In this document: piece by piece, positions 52,756 to 64,000 of the stretch
Position numbering within the stretch: position 1 is the stretch's first letter
Layout of the letters: every line of letters starts with the position of its first letter
Assembly (NCBI GenBank): GCA_012295275.1
Contig: CM022672.1
Span: forward strand, 25,854,001 to 25,918,000
Direction of reading: 5' to 3'
Origin: Chrysomallon squamiferum
Taxonomy: Eukaryota; Animalia; Mollusca
Length of the DNA: 64,000 bases
Made by a program: the position numbers and the translations under genes
The notes under the pieces: generated by a model
What the model saw: the letters and a program-made list of their open reading frames with translations, nothing else
The model's database searches: none
Told to the model about the DNA's origin: nothing

Positions 52756-54862
52756 ATATAGTAAAATGTGTATAATATATAAATAATTCATCACACTTCT
52801 AATGTGCATTCTAGTGCACAATTTTATATATGTATGTTTATTTCTAAAATTTATGTCTTCCTTACATGTTTATTTCCAAACTGATTTCCATATTTTAATT
52901 TTATTATAGAATAGTCCTATATTAAAACATTGTATTTAAATTATTTAGATTGATAGGAAAGATATAGAAAAAAATAGTCAACATAGTGCACTGAATCAAG
53001 TATTAGATTATAAACCAGTTTTCATTCAGTAAACAGTCAGTAAATATATGCATACTGAATTAATGCATAATTTTATATACTTATTTTATGTGCATCAGTA
53101 CACATACATTTGTAGATGATAACATCTTATACAAAACAGTGTGAATTGTAAAATGAATTTTATGAGTTATTATATATGTATTCATGTCATTACGTATCTA
53201 CTGCATGTCTCTGTGTATTTGTCAGTGGTGTGTATGTAAATGTCTGTATGAATGTGTTCAGTAAAAAATGAAAATTTCAATATTTAAAAAAAAAAATGTA
53301 TGATGCTGTGTACAAAAATATTCATTGTTATACTAGAATTTACAGACAAATCTAAAATTATATAAAATGAAAAAAAGATAAATAAAAGAATAACAAATTA
53401 TCACTAACAAAATTTGTCATACTAACTTTTCAGCAGATATCAAATTGAAAGTTGTTATTATATATAAAATATTCCTTACCTGTGACATATGAACGTTATT
53501 ATACGTTAAATCATAAACCTTTTTCTCAGTTCTTCAAACTGTCTTTATATAAAAATAATCTTTACTGAGTAGACAGTCAGACAATAGTCCATGTACTGAA
53601 TAAAAAACTCACATGCATTTAAAAGAAACATGAACTATTTCTCTATTGATTCTGCAAATTAAACAACTTACATTTTAACCATACATACATGCAGCTCTTA
53701 CCAGCAAGATGTTGCACTGATCTGCAGCAATGATGACAATACCAAATGTGACCTAACAATGGATGATGGTGATGGTGATGAAGATGATGATGATGAATAT
53801 GATGATGATGCCTGTACTGACTTTTTTTTTTTTTTTTCAGAGAGCAAGCTAAAAGCTGTCCAACATAAATAGCAAAGTGCCAAACACTGCACAAGTTGAC
53901 GGAAAAAAACAAAATGTCTGTCAACACTGGCTGGGCAAATATTATCTCTGGGTGTTAGAACATTTCTTTCTATTGATTCCAGTTAACACTCTGTTTAATT
54001 GTTGAGTATCTATAGGCCTGCCACATAGACAAAACAACAAAAGACTTTAAATGCAAAGTAGAAGTGCGGGTTTATACTGCAGCAAAATATAAAAAAAAGT
54101 TTAAAAAACTGGTAATATAACTTTACGAATGATTAGATTTTCAAACCTTTCAGGTTTAAGTTGGTTTAATAATTTGGAGCATAATAATGGATTATAAGTG
54201 AAATAAATCAAGTGAAAAAAACAACTGGATAAATATGTTATTTATAATGAAATACTGAATTATATTAAGAGTAAAAAAAAAAAAAAAAGTTTTAATTAAG
54301 TTATTTATAAGGAAATAAAACACGGAAATTTATAGTAAATGGAAAAACAAATGAAAAAAAAAAAATTCTGACAAGTAATTTATGTACATATTAAGTAAAA
54401 AAACATTTCCATTAAAGACTTTTTTCAGTATATTATTCTAAATGAAATATTAATACATGTTTGTCAAAAAACCAACAACAACAAAACAAACAAACAAACA
54501 AAAAAATAAAATAAAATAAAATAAAATAAAAAATAAAATAAAATAAAATAAAATAACCCCCAAAATTCTTAGCAAATTTAATACAGTATAATGAAAACTT
54601 TATTACAATGGAAATAATAATAAAAATAATTAGCAAAAAAGTCCAGGAAATTTGACATTTTGTTTAATTTATATTCAAGTATGAATAATTTTACATATTT
54701 TACACAGTTGACTTTAACTTAACTTGTAATTAAACTTTTATTTAAGATTTGAGTACAACTTTTAAGAAAAAAATGTTGCTACATTTTGAAAATAAACTTT
54801 GATTATCGCAGAGTAAAATAAAATAAATATCAGTAAAGCAAAATGAATATATAAGTGAATAT

Positions 54863-54899
<37 letters not shown>

Positions 54900-55470
54900 A
54901 TTAATAGGATTTTTGGTCTAAGCATTTCTTAATTTGGCAAAGGTTCAAGAAGCTTAGGACTCAAAAACAAATGTTAGGACTTGAATAATTCTGTTATTGT
55001 AACACATACTGTACCAACAGCCACTCAGACACACACACAGTCATACAGACACACACACAGTCATACAGACACTCACTCTGACACTAGTGAGATGTATTTA
55101 ACTCTTGTTTGCTAAAATGTATTTACTTTCACCTAACTGATAACAACTGTGATCCAAATACCTGAATTACTGTCTACCTTGTATCAGCTGTTTAACACCT
55201 CAGTGTTATGTTCGTTTAGCTAATCCACTCACCTGTTCAGGTACTGGGTAGACATAATGAGATGTACACAAAGAGAAGTGGTTGAGTTACTACTTAATTA
55301 AACAGAGAAAAAAAAAAAAAAAAAAAAATGTTGACACAGTAGAGGGGTTTGTAGATAAAAATATAATTAGACTAAATTCGAAAATGGATTAAAAATATGT
55401 AATAGGAAGAGTGAAATTTAAAAACTGATCAGTTATACATGCCTCTCCAAAATTTATACTCAGTGTTATG

Positions 55471-55530
<60 letters not shown>

Positions 55531-55937
55531 TGTTATGTATGTGTCAATAGGAGAAAGACAAAGGGAGAGAGGGATATACACTTTTTAAATTAGTCAACTT
55601 TAATAATATTTACCATTCTGTGTTTGTATCTGTGCATCTATCCCTCCATATACATACCTATTTATTAATCCATCTATGCACATACATAATATATATATAT
55701 ATATAAGCTAACATGTAAAATTATGAAGACATCTGAGAGATCTCGGTGTGGTAATGGTGAACCAGTCTGTGTTTTACTTGTAACAAATATGTGTCAACAG
55801 AAAACCTTGCCAAAACACACACACAGCAACATAACACACACAGACTGTTCAAACAGCACGTCCTTCATTCAAGTCACACTGCTGTAATAAGTACACTCAC
55901 AGAATACAGCTAGAGTTAGGAGATCAGAGATAACAGT

Positions 55938-56001
<64 letters not shown>

Positions 56002-56769
56002 CAGAGAGAGAGAGAGAGAAAGAGAGAATGTATTTATCTGATATAAAGAGTTAGGTTTTTAAAAATCTACCTCCGTAGTGCATTAGAAGGTTTTTTTAAC
56101 AAGTACCATCTATGAGAGATATATGTGCCATACATTCACCATCACTGACAGGCCTATAGAATCACAACTGAACAGTATAACTTAAACTTCTTAATAATCC
56201 TTCACACCCAGTAACATCATAAATCCTCAGGTAGGTATGGAATAAAAGAAGTTACTAACACATTTCATAGGTGAACGTCAACTACAAAAATATACATAAC
56301 CTTATCTCCTCCCACAAGAATAAACCTTTTGACTGTCAGATAAATAAAACTTGATCTTCAGTTATCAGTAGATATCACCCTGTTTACATATCTCTTGAAT
56401 CTCTCAGTGTCTGTCTGTCACTGTTATACATACATGGCTATATTTTATATTAAATAAATTTATATAGCCTCACAATTCAAACACTTCTGTTACAGACTTG
56501 ACCCCTGCCTCTGTTATAGACTGTTACTCTCTTTCACATTTGTTAAGTTGTTTATATCCCTGTCATTCTGTGTAATTATGAAGTAAACACAACTCCATGC
56601 TTACAAGGCATACCGAGGTAATATATAAGATTATGGTCATACTTTTGTAAACATGTTTTGTTGCCTGCCGTATTACATAATTTGACTGTTGTTACATTTG
56701 TATGTCTGATAGACGTTTACAGTGTTTGAGTTAGAAGTGTAAAAAGTTGAGACATAAATGGCTAATAAA

Positions 56770-56807
<38 letters not shown>

Positions 56808-57693
56808 TTGTTGCAAGTATTAATGTAGTGAAGTGAAATTTAAAGAATGTGGAGTATATAAAAGTTTTTAAATTACTGTTGAAATTTTCTGTTATATACT
56901 TCTTGGAAAATATACACCTACACATACATATAGCTAGGCACACACGCATATACAGAGAAACATAAATACATACTCACATACATACCTGTAGAAAAACACA
57001 AAATCACGCATTTCCTATTAACAAGTTAACATATCCTTACCTTTCAAGCACATACATCATGGGTCTGTCCTCTGGCTATGGTAACAGCCACAACAACGCA
57101 CTATGATCCAGTACTATCAGCTTTCTGTGTATGCAGAGCTGACTATGACAATAACTGTTGTCACTCTGAATACAGTTAACAGGTTCACCAGTTTTAGTAA
57201 ATATCTATTCTCTGGCCAAATTGGTTTTCATCACGCAAACAGTTTCCCTAACTGTTAACAGGGTCAGCTCAATTACATATGAAGTCCAAAGACAGGTGGT
57301 TTGTTGTGTAAAAGACTCACACACTTATACTGGACTGTACCATCACAGGTATATGATATATTGTTATATTACATATGTGTTATAACTTAAGCAGTAAAAG
57401 TTAATCTGTGTGTGATGTAATGAAAGGCTAATTAAGGTTAATGACATAACAGAACATAATTATATTGTAAAATCAAGTAATGTTTTTTGTTTTTTTGTTT
57501 TTAAATATTGTTATAATTAACCTATATTTTTTATGTTTATAAATTTTTGAAGAAATAATTGTGAATGTATGTGTCTGTGTGTTTGAATGGATACATATAT
57601 ACCCACTGGAAGTTTATATTCAAAATTCAGATATATATAGCATCTTTAATAACAGCCTTCATTGTGCATATAAAACAGAGAGAGAGAGAGATA

Positions 57694-57762
<69 letters not shown>

Positions 57763-58825
57763 ACTAAAATTCAGTAAATTTTATCATGATCTTCTTTGGT
57801 TTATTTCACATTATTTTAGATATTGAACCATTAATAAATATCATTTAAAGATTTTTCACCCATTATTTATCACATACCAACCTTCAGGTGTGAAATGTGC
57901 TTACCTTTTTGTTTGAGCCAGAGACAGGACAATGTTTACTGTACAGAACAAACACAGACATCCTTTCTGTCAAACAATCAGCTTATCTCACTTGTCACTG
58001 GTAGACAGGCTTAACACATCCTAATTCAGTTTGTTTTTAATCTTAACAACAAAATTTACAATTATCTGATAGAGTTATTATTAATAATAATAAAAAAAAA
58101 AAAAAAAAAAATTAATGTTTAAATTTTTATTTATTTAATTATTATTATTATTATTATTATTATTATTTTAATTTATTTATTTATTTGTTTTATTTTTTAT
58201 TTTTTTGAACCTTGCTATTAGTTAACACTGTCAAATTTAAAAATGATTGATGTTTACAAAATCTGATGACTAACTTTCACATAAACTTCTCTTTAACTAT
58301 GTAAGTATTTGTCTGTATATACAGCATATGTTTTTGACTGTGTGTACATGTATCTGTCCATATGTGTGTTTGTATGTAGCTATGTATGTATGTGTGGATG
58401 TGTGGATGTGATCATGTCTGTATCTGTCAGTCTGCATTAAGAAATATGTACAGATTCTAAACAAGCAGTATTCATTCATTCATTTTATGCTATTGTTTTT
58501 CCAACACCTACGACAATGAATAAAATCCCCAGCTAAACACATGAATGGCTGGTTCTAATAGAAACATGATAGTCCTTTAATTGTTTGTTACTGAAATTTA
58601 ATCCAAAATATACCATTTAGTTTGAGATCAAGTCATTAGCTGTAATATTAACCACATAGTTATTTTTTATTATTATTACTATTATTCTTATTCTTCTTCT
58701 TCTTCTTCTTCTTATTATTATTTTATCACACAAATGACTGAATGTAGACATTAAACCAATATACATTACAGTTACAAATACGAGTAAATGAAACATATTA
58801 ATTTGTGCTATGCTTATTTGACAAC

Positions 58826-59058
58826 TGACCAAATTTTGAAACAAAGCAGCAATATAAACCATACAGACATATTAAAATGTTTGCTATAATTATTTCAATA
58901 TGACCAAATTTTGAAACAAAGCAGTAATATAAACCAGATACACATATTAAAATGTTTGCTATAATTATTTCAATATGACCAAATTTTGAAACAAAGCAGT
59001 AATATAAACCAGATACACATATTAAAATTTTTGCTATAATTATTTCACACTTGACCAA
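58826..59058. repeat. 75-bp tandem triplication
   Basis: GACCAAATTTTGAAACAAAGCAG at 58827, 58902 and 58977. It explains the 25-aa periodic ORF 58798..59058. Confidence 0.95.
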
Positions 59059-60639
59059 GATTTGAACCTAAGTGTGACAGATCTTCACACTGTGCTGAAG
59101 TCTGAAATGGAAGAGTAGCTACTTGAGACAAGATGATTATTCTGATAAGGATTTTGAATCAGAACAAATGGTATCAGATTTACACCACCGATCTGTGTTG
59201 TCAAGGCTACAAATTATCTGAGAGAATCTTCAAAGCTCTGTGACAGAACAAATAGACTGTTTCTGTTCACAAGTGTTTACCTAATTTACAATCAGCCAAT
59301 CAGAAACAGGATTACAGACAGTGACATGTCAGTGAAACAATGATTGTGATTGAATCAATAGAAATGGTCAAATTGCTTAAGTGAAATAAATGATTAGTTG
59401 AACAGAAATAATAGAGTTAAGAACAGTGTGTCTGAGAGAGACAGAGTGACAGACAGGACAGAGAGAGAGAGAGACAGAGAGAGACAGTAGACAGAAAGAG
59501 AGGATGTGAGACAGGAAAAAATGAGAAAAAGAGACAGAAAACGGAAAAAGAGTAATAGTAACAGAAAAACTTACACACAAAAGAAAACAGTGTGTGTGAG
59601 AAACAGTGAAAAAAAAGAAAACAACTAAAAATAGAGAGAGTGACAGACAACAGAAAAACAAAGAGCAATAGATAAACCAGTAAGTAGAAAGATAAATGGA
59701 TAGACAGACACAAAGACAAACAGACAGACAGAGAGATATTGAAAATATTGATTATCAGCAGCTGCTGTATTAATAAAAATACTGTATAAACACAATAAAA
59801 AAAATTGCACATGAAGCAAAATTAAAAATTATTTGTTTTTAATAATGTTTTATGAGTACTGATAATGTTAACTATGGCCAGAAGCATAAGGAAATGAATT
59901 CATTATAAAAACATTTAAAACAGAAAATGTGTGATGTATAATGTAGTTATATTTTCTGTAGATTTCATTAAATCTTTGCAAAATGATGTTACATATAGAA
60001 AACTGACTCGATTTTGTAAATTTCAAATTCAGATTTATTACTTAATATTATTAATGTAAGAATCAGCCTTTTTTTAAGTGCAATATATTTTACTTATTCA
60101 AGTGATATAAATATAAAATTATGCTTAGAAAAAATTTAATAAATTTTTTTTAATTACGTGTCACAAATATGATTTTCTACTAACACTGTGTCTAACTTGG
60201 AAATTAGCAATGAATGATATTTTAAAGCACCTTCCTGCTGATAGGAATACATGAACCTCCACCTTTTGAAAATCTAATTATGGAGTTGTGGCTTGACATG
60301 ATAAAATAACCCAGTAGGGGACACGCCTTTGAAAAACACACAGTTTGCACATTACAACAGAGTTACTGCATACTTCAGTAAATCAGTTCATGTGATAGGG
60401 GTAAAAAAATTTTTTTAAAAAATACTTAATCCCTCATTAAAGAGAGCCAAGCCCAGTTATACTTGACTGGCATCAGACACGATTCTGTGCTAAAGTCACT
60501 TGCTATCAATCAAACATTTCCTGTCAATATTAATCATACAGCCTAAAGCAAAACACTGTACAAGGTTTTCATCTAGGGGATTCCCCTAACAGTTAATATA
60601 TTTCAGTACTTAGCAAGTGTCAGAATGCCACTCTGACAT

Positions 60640-60860
60640 AAAGTACTGGCCTGAGACATGACAGGATCGGGGATCAGTCCTCCTCAGTGATCCTGTTGAA
60701 TTGTTTCTTTCTTTTCCTGTCAGTAAGTGATTGGTACGAACTGTCTTAAGAAAATGTGTATATTATTAACAGATACCTAGCTGCTAATCATAAAAGAATA
60801 GCCACTGTTTGGTTACAGCATGTTTCCTCTCTTATTACCTGTATGGTGTCACCATATTTA
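60640..60860 (+). mobile_element. Possible degenerate SINE
   Basis: A decayed B-box-like GGATCAGTCC is followed by GCTGCTAATC...AAAGAATAGCC...GTTTCCTCTCT, which I recall as resembling gastropod tRNA-derived SINE bodies. Recall only, not verified. Confidence 0.3.
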
Positions 60861-61355
60861 TATACTATATATATTTCAGTAAATGAAAAAAATATTTTTC
60901 TTCAGCATATAAAATTTCTATAACAATTTTGATGATGAAATGGTTAAATTACCTTTCTCAAAGCTGGGATCATATCTTAGGAATAGAATGTAAGTGAACG
61001 ACTATTCCACTGTTTATCAACTCAACAACTGATTTTAAGTAGAAAACAAATGTTTGCTCTTTGATACTGGGCCATCTTAACAGCGTTACAGACCAACAGG
61101 CAAAGCAACACACTGGGGCCCTTACACACACAACCACGAAAGATGTATTAACAATGACCCCATTGCACACAGGGATTTTAATGGGCCCATTGACCGAAGG
61201 GGTTCCCAGGACAATTGTTCAATGTGCCTGTGCCTCAAAACAGCCCTGGTGTGATGATAACATGAGAGAACTAACCTACCACTGAAACAGTGTGAGTTAT
61301 ACTAGCAGCACCACAGTGCATACCATGATAACTTGTTCAGCTATATATTAATTAA

Positions 61356-61545
61356 CCCTTTCACTGCATAGTAAAAAATAGTAGTCCACTGCTGCCCCAG
61401 GATTGGTACAGAGTTTGGGAGTCTCTGGGGATGTGTCCACTTCTTGCACCATAATCAGAACGTTTTTTTAATGCCTTGGGGTTAAATCTGCTTTTGATGG
61501 TAATAAAATTATGAATGGATACATCTGCTGACTTCAAGGAAAGGG
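61356..61545. mobile_element. piggyBac-like non-autonomous element, 190 bp
   Basis: TTAA|CCCTTTC ... GAAAGGG|TTAA: TTAA on both sides and CCC/GGG termini with a 7-bp perfect TIR. Confidence 0.5.
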
Positions 61546-63619
61546 TTAAAACACATGGTTCTTATTTTTTAGCTGTATTTTCACTTTGACAGTGTCGCAG
61601 GTCACACACTCAGGTTTTATCTTGTTAATTGGTCCAAATTTAACATGAAACCAGAGATACACTATCTGTTGTAATAAAAAAGAAAAACAATTAAATATCA
61701 GGTTTCTACACAAGAGAAGTTCGTTACTGAATTCTCAAAATAAATATAATCTTTTCTTAATCAGCAGTGAAAAAAGAAATAACAGGCTTTTTATTTTTTA
61801 TTTGTACATGTATTTTGCATGTTTGTACATGTATTTTGAATGTTTGTGTTGAAAAGATTAAATTTTTTGTGTGTGAGCTGCTTTGATCTTGATATTACAT
61901 AAAATATATTATTTCACTGACACAAAAAGATAAAGTTTAGAGAGAATAAATTTCATGGTTCTGACAAAAATTAATAACCATGAACATTGCTAGTAAATAA
62001 TTATTTACATTTATAAAAAAAAGCAAGAAAATGCAGTAATACTAGACAAGTTTATTTAGCATCTCAACATGCTGATATTTCATCTGAATCATTTCATTTC
62101 TAATCATACCACTAGAGAAGAAACCTGAACATTATAACCATGGGCTACTCTTTTTAATTAGCAACTGAGATTCCTTTGCCATAGTAAAGAACATAATTAT
62201 CATGACCTCTGATCATACACAATCAAAAAGGCTATGGCTGGTATGGGAAAAAAACCTGTACAATATACTGATAAGAATTGATCCAACAAAACCCTGTTCA
62301 CCAGTCTATTTTCCATTGGCATTAGTTCAAGTCAGCACTCAATTCACTAAACTGTTTACAAGTATGTCTGTATCATTGTTACCACCTTTCATTTCAGACA
62401 AGTCACAAAGATCTGAAGAAGAGAAGAAGGGTTTAAGAATTACAGTAAATGTGGGAAATAGAAAGGTGATTACTGTGATATATGGTATATCTGTATATAT
62501 CTGTACTTATCAGTATGTGCATACATATCAGTATAAACAATAAACCACACACATACACACATAGTTCATGCAGGTCTGTAGGCACACATACACACACAGT
62601 TATACAAACACATACAGATTATACATCAAAATATATAGGTATATAAGCTAATATATTTTCACACACACACAAAAGCATAAGAACTAAACATAGACACATA
62701 TACTTATTCAGTACATGGGTATACATATCTATACATACAGACAGGTACACAATATATACACAGACACATATGTAGAAACATACCTAGACACATCTTTCAC
62801 AGATACATACACATGTTCTTTATGAAACAGACAGAGACACACATTAAATACCTGTACTTACACACCTTGGTGACTTTATAAACAAGCTGAGCCTGTGATG
62901 TACTTCACTATTTCCTGTATTAACCTGAACACACAGAGCTATCTCTGTCACAGCACATCTTACACTGATGGTCTACATTTATGTGTTAAGCAACTCGTCA
63001 CTAATACTGCTTCAGGCTTTCTTAGCTCAGACAGATTTCATGTAGATATGTGCTTTATCTCTTAAAGAAAATCACATGCAGAATACAGCTATTACATATA
63101 TATCTGACTGGTGTATGTTAAATATACTAATACACTTACTCACACAGGCACAAACACTCACACAAACATACACAAACACTCACACATGTACAGAAGCACA
63201 CACTAACACACAGACACTATGTTTCTTTTATTTAACATAGTTTAACATGAGAATACTCTGTATATGTTACTGTAACAATAAGTGTTAGAAAATAAAAATA
63301 AAAGGTTTTCTTTGAAACATATATAATTATATCTCTATATAATTCCCACAGATTGTGATGGAAAATAGTGACACAGATATACTTGTAGCTGTTCTATCTA
63401 CCTATCTATCTGTCTGTCTATCTATCCGTATAACTACAGTCTGCAATTAAACTGTCATATTAACAAAAGCCAGAGTTTTTCATTTCACAAAGTACACAAG
63501 ATACATATTTGGATGCATCTTCAAACAGAATGTGAACAAAAACTGAATCCCACTCTAGAGTAAATGACTTTATGGAAGACACAAATAAAACATTAGATGT
63601 TTTGTTAAAGTTTGAAGTC

Positions 63620-63810
63620 AGATGTTGTGTTAAAATAAAACAGTACAGAGATGTTGTGTTAAAATAAAACAGTACAGGGATGTTGTGTTAAAATAAAACA
63701 GTACAGAGATGTTGTGTTAAAATAAAACAGTACAGAGATGTTGTGTTAAAATAAAACAGTACAGGGATGTTGTGTTAATATAAAACAGTACAGAGATGTT
63801 GTGTTAAAAT
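63620..63810. repeat. 29-bp minisatellite, about 6.5 copies
   Basis: Unit AGATGTTGTGTTAAAATAAAACAGTACAG. Confidence 0.95.
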
Positions 63811-63816
63811 TACTTT

Positions 63817-64000
63817 AGTGATGAGATGTTACGTTACAGTGATGAGCTGAAAAAACAGTTCTCTGTGATGCAGCTGAGATGTCATGTTACAGTGATGAGC
63901 TGTAAAAAACATGATGGTGACAGTTCTCTGTGATGCAGCTGAAATGTCATGTTACAGTGATGAGCTGTAAAAAACATGGTGGTGACAGTTCTCTGTGATG
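63817..64000. repeat. Tandem repeat of about 55-65 bp running off the window end
   Basis: GTTACAGTGATGAGCTG...CAGTTCTCTGTGATG occurs three times. Confidence 0.85.

Noticed and set aside
58798-59058. Periodic peptides from ORFs 58798..59058 and 28815..29012 as repeat proteins
   Set aside because: Unit lengths of 75 and 24 bp are multiples of 3, so periodic ORFs arise trivially.

Overview
AT-rich, microsatellite-dense eukaryotic (metazoan) DNA. It is probably an invertebrate, and a mollusc/gastropod is my best guess from repeat style and mosaic CpG depletion; this is unproven. I can support two spliced protein-coding genes, both on the minus strand and arranged head-to-tail. (1) An LZTS/Fez1-family coiled-coil gene has two coding exons (45678-45004 and 22674-21379, 656 aa) joined by a 22.3 kb intron that appears to use a non-canonical GC donor. 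(2) A three-coding-exon PAIP2 gene (14392-14273, 13940-13758, 13155-13090, 122 aa, acidic PAM1 region plus PAM2 motif) is absent from the ORF track. The rest is intron, UTR or intergenic sequence with minisatellites, MITE/SINE remnants and simple repeats. Nearly all other listed ORFs are repeat or antisense artefacts. I found no rRNA, tRNA, CRISPR array or autonomous transposon, and no clearly novel multi-gene system. The best leads are the GC-AG intron, an orphan 24-nt microexon candidate at 3108-3131, a foldback with a templated insert at 35 kb, a 68-codon open frame behind the LZTS stop, and recurrent CAGGTA/CAGGTG motifs.
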